Source: Octopus vulgaris (Eukaryota). From it: a DNA stretch of 64,000 nucleotides. The translations under genes were made by a program, and so were the position numbers. The notes below the pieces were generated by a model. That model made no database searches, had not been told where the DNA came from, and saw nothing but the letters and a program-made list of their open reading frames with translations. The stretch spans positions 114,266,001-114,330,000 of the forward strand of contig OX597821.1 of the NCBI GenBank assembly GCA_951406725.2. The letters are read 5' to 3'. This document shows, in pieces, positions 28,354 to 43,099 of this stretch; the first letter of the stretch is position 1, and the number at the start of each line of letters is the position of its first letter.

Positions 28354-29560
28354 AATACACACATGCATACATACATTCGTTCGTACATACTTCAATACAC
28401 GAATCTCAAATCCAAAGAAGGAACTGTTGCGAAATCTATTGCGATTTCACTGTACTATACTTCTTTCTTTCTTCCTTTTCTTTCTTTTTCTCTTTCCTCG
28501 AAGATAATTGGATGTTGTTTACGACTCTGTAATAGAGATGACAACCTCGGAACGAAGTGTAAATCTTCAAAGTAACGGAGTTAACAGCGCAAGTCTAATG
28601 CATTTTACTTAAATAATACTTCACTTAATGCGAGTGAACTAAAAGTTCCCGCTAAAGAGCGGGTAGAGCGAGGGATGTTCGGGGTTGGTTGATTATCACA
28701 ATTGAAATGATGATATAAGCAGGAAGAGGAAACATTGAAGTGCTGTGTCTTAGAAGGGACTTTATATGATTGATACTGTTGAAAGTGGAAACGGCTGCAA
28801 GATACGAAATTAGCAGCTTCAATTTATTTGCTTTGCTGACTGCCATGATAAGATATATTAGATATTGTTTGTAGCCGATAACTAACCACATTAGGCAGAC
28901 GACATGCTGGTATCTGTCTAAAGGAAAGCTAGTCTCTTAAGAGGGTTTTAATTTAAAAGCCCTTAAAAAATATCAAAATATTTGTACCGTGACGAATGAA
29001 AATATTTCCAAAAACTAAAAGTATTATTTTTATTCTTTTTATCAAGTAAAAAATATGCTTGAATGTATGTGTATGAAATGCTCATGCACGTGTGTGTGTG
29101 TGTACTCGTATGTGTGTGTGTATGTTCATATGCAGGCCTGCGTATTTTAAACGTTTTATAATTTTCATTTAGTGATCTATTTTGAACGTTTAAAATAAAT
29201 TTGAGCGAAAAAATAGGCATTTTGATCATAGTGTAATTGTTTTGATTTTCGCATTAGATCAAACATAATTACGATGTTCAGCTAGCTTTATAAATACATA
29301 AATAAATACAGTATATAAATACATACATACATTATATACATATATTACATACATAGCTACATACATACATTGCATACATGCATACATACACAATTATATA
29401 CATACATATATTTCACACATACATTATATACATACATACATTACATACATGCATTACATACATACATTACATACATACATACATTACATACATACATACA
29501 TACATACACACACACACGTATACATACATACATACATACATACACATATACACACATACA

Positions 29561-29594
<34 letters not shown>

Positions 29595-29600
29595 CATACA

Positions 29601-30075
29601 TACGTAGCTCGTTCAAAAAGTACCCGACTTTATTTTTTCCAGCCAAATCTTAATAACTCTCAAGCTCAAACCACCCAGAAGATTCAGCAGGCCTTTGACG
29701 ATGATACCATGAGCAAAACTCGGATCAAAGAGCGGTACAATCGCTTCAAACATGGCTGCACCTGAGTAGAAAGCGAGGAATGCTTAGGCAGGCCATCCAC
29801 AAGTCGAAACGGGGGAACCGATTGAGAAAGTTCGGTGAGTAGTCATGGATAACCGTTGTGTAACAACTCAGGAATTCGCTCATGGAGTCGTAATAATCAC
29901 AGGGTTGGTGCCTCCCATTTTAATGGAGGATTTGTACATCAAGAGCGTATCAAGGGGATTCGTCCCAAAGATGCTGGCAAAGCAGCAAAAGCAACTCCGC
30001 ATGGAAATCGCTCCCGACCTGCTGGACTGTGCAAACCACAACCCAGACTTCAAGAAGTGACGAGACATGGGTTTG
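29601..30075 (+). mobile_element. Mariner relic: left TIR and transposase N-terminus
   Basis: TACGTAGCTCGTTCAAAAAGT TIR-like start; AFDDDTMSKTRIKERYNRFKHG, GRPSTS, FVPKMLA (WVPHEL-like); stops and frameshifts. Confidence 0.8.
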
Positions 30076-30082
30076 CAGTCTC

Positions 30083-30354
30083 TGCTGTTGCTGTTGATGC
30101 TGTTGCTGTTGAGCGAAGCGGTCTTCGTCCCAGAGCTCGCAAGATGGGAGAAGTCCGAAACGGGGTCCTTTGCTATTCGTAAGACCCGCAGAAGAGAAAG
30201 CAGGTCAACCCCCGACACCGAGAGCATCGACGGACGGATGAAAGCGCATCCAGGCTCAGCGGTTGCGTAGGAAGTCTGGGACAAGAAACAAGAAGAAAGA
30301 GTGAGAGAAAGTTGGAGCAAAAGCGTACAACAAGGGTCGCCACCACCACCCTGC
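30083..30354 (-). mobile_element. SINE family C, tail type 1 (5'-truncated)
   Basis: Reverse complement of about 44845-45083; (CAACAG)n-like tail. Confidence 0.85.
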
Positions 30355-30776
30355 TTAGAGAAATAACTAAGAGTGTCTAGTGGTATGTATTTGAATAGCA
30401 TAGACAAATATAGGTATATTAAATACTATACAACATAAATTCTTGGGTTATTAAAATTATATCTCTAATTCTAGAGGATATATATCATAATTAGCAAATT
30501 GCAATTAAGACTTTAGAAGGGGAGACAAACTAAGGGATCAAGAATCTTTCCAACGTTGTCACGCCAATAAGGAAAAGACAATCTTCAAGCAATAAACCTG
30601 ACTTCTTTCATAATGACATCTCCATTTTGTAGAAATTCTTGGATCTTGTGATTATCTCCCCTTCCCATCTGATGTTGATCTTAAATGCCGTACGCTAATT
30701 ATAACAAATCCTCTGAAAGTGGAGATAGTTTTAATAAATCAAGAATGTATTTTGTATGGTAATTTGTATGCCTGTA

Positions 30777-31263
30777 CAGTAATCGCTCGCTATATCGCGG
30801 TTCACCTATCGCGCACTCAGTACAGATTTTTCTGGCTAATATATGTAAATATATATCGCAGACTCCTCAGTATATCACGGGTTTCTGCGGCCGATAGGTA
30901 TTTATGTATTTTTAGATTTTAATTATATCTGTGGTAAAGTAAACATTTTCACGCCAAAAAATTAATAAATTAATGAGTAAAAATACAGTACTGCACTGTA
31001 CAACACATTAATTAAAATATATTGAAAGAAAACGCGTAGTGTACCATAGATGAGCAAACAAAGAATCGTACAAATTATATGGAAAACGAAACACGGGAGG
31101 CGAGTGTGTGGTATTGATTTGCATTTATAATAAAATATATATATAAATATAAATTATAAAAACTAATAAAAATTACATACAGGACAGTACTGTTTCTTCT
31201 TTGCAGATTTACTATCACGGAGGGTTTTGGAACGTAACACCCGCGATAGTCGAGGGATTACTG
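30777..31263. mobile_element. Tigger/pogo-like MITE (long form)
   Basis: TA|CAGTAATCGCTCG...CGAGGGATTACTG|TA. Confidence 0.85.
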
Positions 31264-32244
31264 TATTTGTACGTGTGTGTGTGTGTGTGTGTGTGAAAAC
31301 TAAGTCTGGTAACCCTCGCTGTATTGCTACATTGGAGCAAATGAAACTCGACTGGAAAACAAATTGCTAGACGTAGGGTAATGATTCTAACGATTTTGTT
31401 TGTTTGAAGTTTTGGAGATCAGAAATTGATACAAAATCAACGGGATAAAAATAATCTCAAATTATTTTCTTAAATAATCTCAAATTATTTTCTTAAATGT
31501 GAGAAAGATCGAGAAAGTGCGTAGAGTAAGCGAACGGAAAAGCTGTTTCTGAAGATTTTAAACACAAACACTTATCTGACCGGAAATTTTGTCACTGAAC
31601 CAGTTTATAAAACCCATAATAAATTTTTTGTAATTAATATACGTGGGTGGAATTTTTTTCATTTTTTTTTTTTACAAATTATTTCCCCGTTAAATAAACG
31701 AATAATATTTGCACCAGTCTTGGCAACGATCCACTCATCGACTTTTGACAGAAGGGATAGTGTACCTGATGTTTATTTCTGTGAACATTCCTTGGTATGC
31801 GAGTCGTATAAACCCACCGGACGCCACATTACAGTGCATAAAAAAATATTTAATATATCTTGACACAGTGTCAAAAACAACATACATTATCCTGCAATTA
31901 AACGTGTGTCTGACATTTGAAGGAGATAACAAACGGTAAATGAGAAGACACGTAAAGAAACGGTTCGTAGGAGAGTAATAAAAACAAATAAATACAAGGA
32001 AAATGAAAGATCAAACGAAAACTAGCTGCAGAACATGTGTTAGACCAGAAGGAAATATTCTATATTACTTACTTTGATGAATAAGTTCCGGAGATGTACT
32101 TGTTTAGCAAGAGATTTCATCTGAAATCATACATTAGGATCAAAACAAAGACATCATCGTACAGCCATTAAAAAACAGACACACTGTATCTGATGACATG
32201 AAGACACGTGAGCTTATTAGATGCAGCCCAATATCCGCAGTGCA

Positions 32245-32450
32245 TTCTTTTACTTGTTTCAGTCAGTAGTCAGCGGCCATGCTGGGGCATCGCCTTCAAG
32301 AATTTTAATCGATTTCATCGACCCTGGTAATTATTTTCTTTTTTAAGCCTAATACTTATTCGGTTTCTTTTGCCGAGCCACAAAGTTACGGGGACATAAT
32401 CATACCAACACCGGTTGTCAAGCGGTGGTGAGGGACAAACACACAAACAT
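32245..32450 (-). mobile_element. SINE family B 3' half
   Basis: CTTTTACTTGTTTCAGTCA...GCGGCCATGCTGGGGCA...CCGGTTGTCAAGCG. Confidence 0.75.
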
Positions 32451-32459
32451 GTATATATT

Positions 32460-32686
32460 CTGGTCATTTCATCAAGTTAAACTTTTACTCCCTATACGTT
32501 TTTTTTTCTCTCTCCGTTTATTTTTTTTTTATTTTTCTTCCTCTCTCCATTTCTTCCTTTCAATCTTTTTCGTCAAAGAGCGTAGGCTCGAAACGTGGAT
32601 AACTTTTTCATTCTTCCTGAGCGTCAAACTAAGACACCTACTTGTTGTTCCTTCACTTGTCTTCGTCTTTTGTTCTCTGTAAATTT
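32460..32686 (+). mobile_element. Short element with decayed hammerhead-like motif (family of 57268-57472)
   Basis: AGAGCGTAGGCTCGAAACGT...CCTGAGCG...CTTCGTCTTTTGTT shared with 57268-57472. Confidence 0.65.
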
Positions 32687-33130
32687 GGATGCATTTTTAG
32701 CGCATTAAAGCATGTAATATAGGCTCCAGTGTCGCACATAGAGCCCGGGGTGGTTTCTTATACATTTGGGGGATGGAGAGTATGTCTTATACCCCATCAA
32801 ATATGATTACACAGTTATGTTCATTTTTTTTTATCTATTACTTAATGATAATACTCTTTTTAGCTATCTTTAGTCGTTAACCAATGGCCATGCTGGGGCA
32901 CCGCCATAAAGAAGTTTAGTCGATCAAATCAATCCTGGTATCTATTTCAGTCTTCAATGAAGTGTCAGAATCTTCACCCGTACATTTGTAACCTTTCCAC
33001 GGATACTCAGATACTCTTTTCCACAGTAAAGTGGAGTATTAGTGACCAGATGAAACATCAACGTATTAGTGACAAGGTAGAGTATGTACAACGAAAGACT
33101 TCGTTATTAAATGATTATTTTGAAGAAATA

Positions 33131-33320
33131 TGGTAGCGAGCTGGCGGAATCGTTAGCATGCCGGGCGAAATGCGTAGCGGTACTTTGTCCGTCTTTCCGT
33201 TCTGAATTCAAATTCCACCGAAGTTGACTTTGCCTTTCATCTTCTAATCGTCGATAAAACATGTACCAGTTAAATACTTGGGTTGATGTAATCAACTTAG
33301 TCCTCCCCCAACATTGCTAT
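33131..33320 (+). mobile_element. SINE family A copy
   Basis: GAGCTGGCGGAATCGTTAGCA...GTTGACTTTGCCTTTCATC. Confidence 0.8.
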
Positions 33321-33613
33321 TATCAAGAAATATTATTAAGAAATACAAATAGTTTATACAATAACATAAGAATGATTTCAATAGACTAACACGGTTTTAT
33401 TATGATGTAACTAAAATGATTTGGTGATTATATAACCCTTGGTTCGTGCTAACCCAAAACAACCATTCCAACCCTTCACTAGGAAGAGTGTTGCAAACTG
33501 TTACCAGGATATCATCCAATAATTGAATGTTTTATTGTTTTGTTTTAATGGTAGGGTTTATTTTGGAAGTAGATTAGCCTTTATTTTTAGTAAATGAAGC
33601 GACTACGTCGAGG

Positions 33614-33685
<72 letters not shown>

Positions 33686-34429
33686 TGACTGTTCGACTCA
33701 AAATAGGAGGCGCTGCTCGAATGCAAAGGCGTTTCTAGAATGTAAGGGAAGTAACCCAGTAAAGATTAGCTTTCGTTAGCAAGCGAGTCTTCTCTTCGAG
33801 TTTCTACGGCATTATTTTCCAATCAGTTGGTTGGATATACCTCAGAAGAAATTCTGGTCTAGCACAGACGACTCTTACTGAAAAATTCCCATTTAAATTA
33901 TTGGAACTTGTCTTGTGAAAGAGAAGCGTGTCTATTTTACATATAATTAATTAAAAAATAAGTTTCGAGAAAAGCCAATGTGAAAGAAATAAAACGAAAA
34001 GAAGAATTCAGATTATACCATCAATAAAAATGTGTGTATATTACATAGGTTTACGGTAAAACGGTATTTTTTTTTTCAATGTTCTGCTCACATCTCCATC
34101 AGCCAAACAAAAAAAGGCAGAATCTGCAGGTTATGTTGTCTCAAGATGTTATCGTAAGTGACATGGCGGTGGCCTTTGAGTACAAAGGCTTCGTTTACAT
34201 TTTACAACTGGATGATATCAAGAATACACAACCGCGCACACGCGCACACATGCAAATAGTTTATCTCATTAATTTCAGCTTTCAGACTATCAACGAGATT
34301 TTCACTCTTTGAATCTTTCTTGCTTTCTCTCTCTCTTGCTCTCTCGCAATCGTTTAGGTGAATATATGTGCATGCACATGAATGCATGCGTGTATATATA
34401 TATATAGGGACGCGTGCATTTAATGCATA

Positions 34430-34455
34430 CATACATATATATATATATAGATAGG

Positions 34456-34517
<62 letters not shown>

Positions 34518-34545
34518 TGTATGCATGTATATATGTATAAATATG

Positions 34546-34584
<39 letters not shown>

Positions 34585-34600
34585 ACATATATATATATAC

Positions 34601-34640
<40 letters not shown>

Positions 34641-34656
34641 ATACATATATATATAC

Positions 34657-34697
<41 letters not shown>

Positions 34698-34774
34698 AGC
34701 ATGTATGTATATATGTATAAATATGTATATATATATATATATATACATATATATATACACATATATATATTATC

Positions 34775-34810
<36 letters not shown>

Positions 34811-34837
34811 AATATAGAAAGATAGATAGATAGATAG
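34430..34837. repeat. (GATA)n/(TA)n compound microsatellite
   Basis: Direct reading. Confidence 0.95.
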
Positions 34838-35382
34838 TTAGACATCACAATTGTAATAGTGTTAATACCTAACCCATCTGCTCTCTCCCCTCTCCCTCCA
34901 ACTCCCCACCTCTCCACCTCTCCACCTCTCCACCTCTCTCTCTCTCTCTCTCTCCCTCTGGTTCTGTTTCGACCTCCTCATCCAATCTCCGTCCATTCCT
35001 CCCCAAACGTTTACCCTTCAATTAGTGTCAGTGATCTCATGATGATTATATTAAGATACAGAATATAAAGTGCACAATCGTTGTTGTACACAGACGCGTA
35101 GACCAACTGAGTATGGTTAGTAGATAGCAAATGGGGGGGGGGAGGGTTGTCACATAAATTCATTCGTTTTTGTTTGCTTTTTTTTGTTTTGCTTTGTTTT
35201 GTTTTTGTTTTCTATTTGGCGCTCCCTCGTCATACTTCCGATACGACCTAAAATTTAATTAAAATTTCAAAGACGATAAACAAAAGTTGCCAAGAAAGAA
35301 TTGTACTACAAAAAAAATCATAAAACTCTACCATAAAAAGTATTTTTCAAGTTAATTCAAATAATATTAGGAAGAATTAAAA

Positions 35383-35961
35383 TACAGATATGAGTAAAAG
35401 TAAATATACATATAAATATATATTTAAAAGTTGCTTATTAAGAACGGAATGTTTTTTTCATTTCTTTATTTCTTTTTTAAGATAGGAATTCTGTGACTCT
35501 ACGTTCTTTTTAACTAATTTTTTCTATAATAAAATTATTTCAGATATTTATTACGAGGCTGGAAATATGACCAACGCTAAAAGGAGGGTGGATTGTCAAG
35601 CGGGAAACAGAGAATGCAGAAATGATTGGGCAGAAATTGACTGAAGAATTTCAAAGACCAGCTCCGTCCAGATTAACATTTTACAGAAAACGTGTCAAAT
35701 TTGGGCAGACTGGATCCATCTGCAATGCACAGAAAAATGGTCGAGTGGTTAGTGTTATCACTGAAGAAAATGAAATGCTTAAATCTCAAGCTTCCACTCA
35801 AAATCCCCAGAAATCCCCAAAAAAAAAAACAAAGAAAAAGAAAAAGTAAAAGGGCTTCCAATGAACCAAGCATCTCCCGCAGATCGCTCAGAAATAGAGA
35901 AATGAAAAGAACATTCCACTCAGATTAAGCAACTCTGTACCTACTTTTTACCACCCCTGTA
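35383..35961 (+). mobile_element. Internally deleted Tc1/mariner relic with HTH remnant
   Basis: EEFQRPAPSRLTFYRKRVKFGQTGSI...GR...EEN...PQKS..KRASNE resembles DUF4817-type transposase N-termini; right end TACCTACTTTTTACCACCCCTGTA, degenerate left end TACAGATATGAGTAAAAGTA. Confidence 0.55.
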
Positions 35962-36696
35962 CATTGGGGTAGGGATGACGAACAAATTTATATGACAGCC
36001 TAATTGATTAATCAAACGGCAACATGAATTCTTATTCTAATAAGAGACGGAGATTGTGGGTGAGCCTCATTCTCCCTTTTGTTATGTTGTCCCCTTAACT
36101 ATTTTTTTTAGCTAACTCAAGGGCAACGAGAATAAAAAGGAAATGAAGACCAGATGTACCATAATCCTGGAATGTTCTAGTATAATGTCTGTTATGCTCT
36201 TTTTCATGTTGTTTTTTTATTATTCTACCTTCTCCCATTATTGTTAGTATTTGTTTTATTTTCAGCCTTTCACTTTCTTATTTCTATTTAAAAACCCTTA
36301 AACTTCATAATTTATTTAACATTTTCCGGTCCAGGTTTTAGTCAGAAAATATTGAGATATCTTTCAGAAAGCATAGATTTTCGCTTGTGTTTTTCGCATT
36401 TGTATCTGAACTACTCGTTTTGATCTCGTCAGTCTCAACAAACATGTCCCAGAACACTGTAGCCAGATCGCTACCATGTACCATGTTTGGTACATCCTTA
36501 TACCACTTCTTATTGTCACCATATTGTTCCATGGTGAACGTTACTGAGAATCGCTTGTGTTTCTAGACACTCTGGTTTAGCAAAAGTATGCTGTTCAGAG
36601 TGATATAGCATCAGCCAAATGCTGGCTGCAAATGACTAGCATCCACCTTCCAAAGCCGCTGGCGTTGAACCGGAATTAAAAGCAATGATTATTTAT

Positions 36697-37239
36697 TGAG
36701 TGAGAGAGCAGTTCATGCCATCAAAGTGACACTGGGGTAAAATATGCGAAGCCCTATATACCCAACATGACTACTTATCTGATAAGTGTACACCAGGCAC
36801 ATGCATCACAACCGTATGTGGTGATCGCATATCAAGATAAACAGCGCATGATATTGCAGGTGGAGCCCAGTTAAAATTTTCTTCAGGTCCAGTTGCCCAT
36901 CCCACTCAATAGGTCCCTGAATAAGGTTTGTTTAAGAATGATGAATGAAACACCTATGTTTCCAGTGGCGAATTATTCAAACCCCAAAGAATTCCTTTTA
37001 ACACATGGCTATGATGTTCCCCCACTACTTCTGCTCATGATCAGAGATGTACATATTGTCAGCCACTAAGGGACATGCTCAACTGGTTACGGTCAAACAA
37101 CTGGCAAGCAAATCTGTGGTATTGAGCAGAATATTTGCTGTAGTTCATCTTTTATACCAAGACAAAACAATGGACTATGATAACACTTCCAATCAGTTAA
37201 GATCAGAAGCCACGAGAGCCACTGCCTGGTACTGCATCA
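36697..37239 (-). mobile_element. Non-coding TAA-associated element, copy 2 (near full length)
   Basis: Colinear with 50487-51047. Confidence 0.88.
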
Positions 37240-39097
37240 TTTCGTTTGCCTTTAGGTTCTGAGTTCAAATGTCTCCGAGGTCGACTTTACCTTTCATCCC
37301 TCAAAATCTCAGGCCTTGTAATAGAAGGAATTGCTGTTATTGTTGTTGTTGCTGTTGTTGTTGTTGTTGTTAGACTCAGTTTTCCACAGCTGCAGTCCTG
37401 GGACCTAGAGTGTCGTCAGATTCTCAAAGCCCTCTGACAGTCTGACAATGCAGTCAGTGGAAGCTCCATCATAGCTTTGTATGAAGGAATTATTGGCGAC
37501 AAAATTCCATTGACGGGTGTTTTGTCTGATCTACAGCACTGGGCTCAACCTCACCTCCTCACTATAATCATCAAAGGTGAACGGTTTCACTGAGCAGCAG
37601 TAAACACATCTTAGCGATTGCCACAGACTCCCACTCTCAAATTCCAAGTTGCAAGAGATTTCCGATTTCTTTTAATGCCAGAAATGGTTTAGTATCACTC
37701 TTAAAACACAGGCAAATATATGTGGGGGTAGGCTACAATCTCACATCTGTTATAATATAAACAGTCATCAAATATTACACTAGGCTACTGTGATTCCTAC
37801 CTACACGAATGACTGGTGTCATTAATTTTTTTGAAACTCTTCTTATTTTTAATATGACTGTAGTTTCCTTTATATATATATCTTAACTATACTCTTGTTA
37901 TTGGGATCTAGATTTTTTTTTGTCAAACTCTATGCTAATTATCACATACTACTTTATATTTCCAAGGGGCAACGTGAAAGTTAAACAATATCAACCGCTT
38001 AGTGTCAGACAAATTATGTAAGCCGTTTGAGCGACGAGAGCAAAATTTCTTGTGAGACTGTTCAGATTACTTTTCCGCTTTTACTCGTTTCGGTTATTAG
38101 ACGACGATCATGCTCGAGTACCACCTTGAAGGGATCAGTCAGTCATATCGACACCAGTGCTTATTTTTGTAAACCCTGTTATTTATTCGACAAGTACAGG
38201 GGACAACTTCGGGCATGTTTACATCATTTATGACCTCACGAGTTAAAGACCTGCCTGTGTTTGCAACAATAGGGAAGAGCGAACAATGGGAACTACTGAG
38301 TCTATGGTTCGCTGAAGAATAATACCGAAACATATCCTGGGTATTTATATTACTGCTGAATATATTCTTTAGTATTGACTGGGAAAAGAAATTTGTTACG
38401 CCTCCTCTGAGGAGCGGCTAACGAACTACGAAGCGGTCCGTCTCTACCTGTTATTTCCGCACATCGGAAAATAAGAAAGTGGGATATTTTTATTTCCGTA
38501 TTTGTTCATCTGTATCATTTTATGAATAGATCTGAAGTTAGAAAATGATTTCTACATAAAGAAGACGTGGTGAGGAAACTGTTTATAGGTGTACAGATAA
38601 TTGTTTGTTTATTTTTATTGGATTTGATTATTTTATCGAGTGAGTTATGCTGACACCCACCTTGAAAATTAGTCACTGTAGAAAACATCCACCTAAATTA
38701 CCCTCTTTATAAATGTAATTATGATCTCTGAAATTCCAACACGAAATATGTAGGTGTTGGTAAGATAAATTCTAACTTTAACAGTTTCATTAAGTACGAA
38801 TGACGTCAGTAATGGAAGAACAAACATGGTCAGTAAGAAAGAGCATTTCTTTAAAGATAGAGAAAAATAAACAAAACTGTGGAGTGTTGCCAGAACAGGA
38901 GGGAAAAAATTGAAATAAATGACGATGAGAATACCTTTCCAAGTTAATATAATGCGTAAAATATTCCATTCTTTTAATCGTTAAGATTCTTCTAGAAGGA
39001 AAGTGACGTCTGTTCTAGATAGCCTTTTCGCATATTTTTTATATTGTTTCTTATAATAATGAAAATTAAAAACATTAACCGCCAATAGAGAACTCTA

Positions 39098-39160
<63 letters not shown>

Positions 39161-39294
39161 CTTATCATGAATTGCTACGTGCAAGGCTAAAGCATTATAC
39201 TCCTCTCGAACAATTGATTAAATAACAATATTGACCTTGACTTAAGAATTCCCATCCATTATTTTATAGTCATGTGATACAGTTGAAATAAATG

Positions 39295-39355
<61 letters not shown>

Positions 39356-39356
39356 T

Positions 39357-39502
39357 GCGTGGTGAGAAGCTTGCTTCTCAACCACATGGTTCCAGGCTGT
39401 CCCACTGCGTGTCTAATTGGGCAAGTGTCTTCTACTATAGCCTCGGGCCGACCAAAGCCTTGAGAGTGCATTTGGTAGATGAAAACTGAAAGAAGCCCGT
39501 CG
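39357..39502 (+). mobile_element. SINE family B head
   Basis: GAAGCTTGCTTCTCAACCACATGGTTCC...GGGCAAGTGTCTTCTACTATAGCCTCGGGCCGACC. Confidence 0.8.
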
Positions 39503-40291
39503 CATACATATATATATATATGTGTGTGTGTGTGTGTATTCTTTTATTCTTAACTGTGGAACTAAGTCTAAAGAGACGATAAAACAATAACATAATATTC
39601 AGAGGTTTCTCACTAAAAAATGTAAAAAATTTGCACTCAGAATATTCCGATCTTACAACAACTGTTTGGTTTTGATAGTATTCATACACGGCCTTTTACA
39701 GAAGTACCTCATTACGAATGCGTAAAGAAAAATGGTGCGCAATAGTTCAGAATTTACAACCACAATGACGCAGTAAGATGATGAGGACTTTAAAATTTGT
39801 GTTCTCAAATTTACGAATGATTTATTTGTTTAAAACAACCGTGTTAAAGATAATATAACAGTGAAAAACAATCTACGAAATTTTCATAGTTTGGTTTTTG
39901 GAGGATAAACTATTAATTGTAGAAGAAATAAACAAGTAAGATTTCACAGTTGCATCTTTGTTCGATGTTAAAGCTTCACAAAATTGCGTTCTGTTCGTTT
40001 TCTTATTTAAGACATATTTACTTAGTAACGAAACATTTTTCAAACTCTTTCATGCCAACGATGAAGGCCGTGGGTTTGAAATGTTAGGATTTTAGTTAAC
40101 ACTTTTCACTATCAATAAAGAATTGAATGTGTTTAATCTTCGGTATTTGTGTGGGAAATATTACGTTAATGAACCGTCTACATATTACTCAAAAAATAGT
40201 TCCTTCCTTTTCAATTTAATCATCGCTTTTAGTAGCGAAGTGGTTTAAAGTGGAGGTATCAAAACTCTTCTAGTGAACTAGCGTCCTATTG

Positions 40292-40498
<207 letters not shown>

Positions 40499-41001
40499 TT
40501 GTGGTATACACTGTAACAGCGCATCGCTCATCCACCATTTACTGGTGACTCCCTAAGCCTGGCGAATGACGCCTCTGCACCAATCAAGCGATAACCCTCT
40601 AGGGTTTTACAGGGTCGGAAGTGCAAATCCGACCTCAACCCCTTTTAGTGACCATTTTATGACACCCAGAGGAAACGTTGGATCTATTCTTTGGCATTCT
40701 GTTTTCCCACACAGTACAACTGGTATGAACATTATATTTCAATAACAGGTAATTTAAATCAATTTCTTAACAGAGATGAAGGTAAACAAATCATTGATGC
40801 ATAGACAATAAGACGTGATTGAGAAATTCGTTGTAGGTACTATGAGGTGTGCTTAATTTATCAAAAGCTTTTCAATATAAATATGCATTATCCCTCGGAT
40901 ATTTCAACAATAAAAATCGATGCATAGATTAAATAAATTCTGATCTAATTACAATGTAATGTTAATATATGCTCCAGTACTTCTTTCGATCATGGAGAAA
41001 C

Positions 41002-41081
41002 GTTGGCCTGCTCGCCTAAGGCTGAAATAATGCAAAAAGCGCATTGTGACCAGCGATGTGTAACAACATTGGCCTTGAGAT

Positions 41082-41090
<9 letters not shown>
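41002..41090 (+). mobile_element. Isolated SINE C tail type 3 fragment
   Basis: GTTGGCCTGCTCGC...AAGCGCATTGTGACCAGCGATGTGTA...ATCACGTGAT then (TA)n. Confidence 0.7.
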
Positions 41091-41134
<44 letters not shown>

Positions 41135-41346
41135 TGCTGTGTAATTTATGGATTCATAGAATTGTGTGGTTATCACAGGAAGCTCTTCTACAATACTCGG
41201 CTAACAGACAACATAATAATCCAATTAAGATGAGACTAATGTAGAGTTCCATGCAGCCGAAATCCAAGTGGTCTGATCGATGCACACACACAAACACACA
41301 CACAACCACACACAAACACGCACACACACACATACGCATACATAGA

Positions 41347-41395
<49 letters not shown>

Positions 41396-41712
41396 TAACA
41401 CTGGTACTTGTAGAACTGCAAAAGATCCGCAAAAATTTAAATATATCATTTTGAAATAAAGCACTCAAATAATCAAAATCATCACTATTTTTACTAAAAT
41501 ACCAAAGGTTGTTTAATCTCGGGTCAAGCCTGACTGAACAAACCAATGATCCAGAACATTTTACCCAAGAGTGAAATATTTGATGTGTTCTTTCTGAATG
41601 TGAAGATTATTTTTTGTCTGTGGTGAGGTGTAATTTATTACGGCTGTCATGGCAATAATAATATTTAGATATGTTTCTCTCATTTAAAATATTTCAACTC
41701 TGTAATGAAAAT

Positions 41713-42170
41713 TAGCGAAAGCTTGAGAAAACTAACGAAAACCAGCGAAAACTAGTGAAAGCTAGTAAAGGCTAGCGGGAGTTAACTAAAACTAGCGAAA
41801 GCTAGCGAGATTTAGCTAAAACTAGCAAAAGCTAGCGAGATTTAGATGAAACAAGTGAAAGCTAGCGAGAGTTAGCTAAAACTGGCAAAAGCTAGCGAGA
41901 TTTAGATGAAACAAGTGAAAGCTAGCGAGAGTTAGCTAAAACTGGCAAAAGCTAGCGAGATTTAGATGAAACAAGTGAAAGCTAGCGAGAGTTAGCTAAA
42001 ACTGGCAAAAGCTAGCGAGATTTAGATGAAACAAGTGAAAGCTAGCGAGATTTAGCTAAAACTAGCAAAAGCTAGCGAGATTTAGATGAAACAAGTGAAA
42101 GCTAGCGAGAGTTAGCTAAAACTGGCAAAAGCTGGCACGCACGAGCGAAAGCAAGCGAATACTAGCGAGA
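41713..42170. repeat. Minisatellite: 60-bp higher-order repeat of 10-bp monomers
   Basis: 41821-42120 is five near-identical 60-mers of RCTAGCRAAA-like decamers; diverged monomers on the flanks. Confidence 0.92.
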
Positions 42171-42476
42171 CTGTTTCAACATTCTTTTGTGCTCCCGCTG
42201 CTTATAGCAACGTGCTTTTTAAAGTTAATTGGCCAATGCCATTAAGCGTTAAGGGAATTAATTCCATATAAACAAATGTGGGTAGTAAAGTCTTTAAAGT
42301 AGGTAAATGATAATCAGATGGCTGAAACGTGACCTTGGGCTACAGCATTGGCACTGGTGATGAAAATCTAAATTAGATCATATGATTGTCAAACACATGT
42401 TTTCTCTTGGTTTTAACTTGAAAATTATTTTACTGCTAGATTTTGTTGCTTTATGTAACATATATACAATCATATG

Positions 42477-42524
<48 letters not shown>

Positions 42525-42610
42525 TATATAATATATATATATACATACACATACACATATACACACACGCAAAGAAAGAAAGAAAGAAAGAAAAGAAAGA
42601 AAAGAAAGAA

Positions 42611-42642
<32 letters not shown>

Positions 42643-43099
42643 AAAAAAGAAAGAAAGAAATGCACTATATTTTCTCTTCCTGATTGGAGTATTAATATTT
42701 ATTTTGGGCGACCACCTGCTCGGTGACAAGTTTGTAACGAAAATACACCCAAAAAATATGGTTCCTTCTTTTCGTCATCTTTTGCGCAACGATTTATTCT
42801 TTGAATTAATTTTAAGAAGCTCTTGCAGATTTGTATTGTGCCTGATAACGTGAGTATCTGTAACGTATGACTTATAGAACTATCTTATTTCTCTAAGCAT
42901 TCAAGCCATATTTTGATCCAGGTATGGTTTGTACACACCCTGTTATTCCAATAATAATGGGCTAGAAAGCTGAAAGGGTATTTCGGGGACTGGATTTGTT
43001 GATTTTTCATAAATGGTCCACAGATGTATTCTTTCTCTAATATTTTTCTTACCACATTGTTTGCACATGCGCAACTGACGTCCACAACAGAGCATGGTC

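Noticed and set aside
31450-31498. 23-bp direct tandem duplication (and an 18-bp one near 60746-60781)
   Set aside because: Ordinary local slippage duplications
36338-36600. Possible DNA-transposase C-terminal relic (...KHKRKS)
   Set aside because: Similarity too weak and needs several frameshifts
41713-42170. Regular array as a possible CRISPR
   Set aside because: No unique spacers, no cas genes, eukaryotic context
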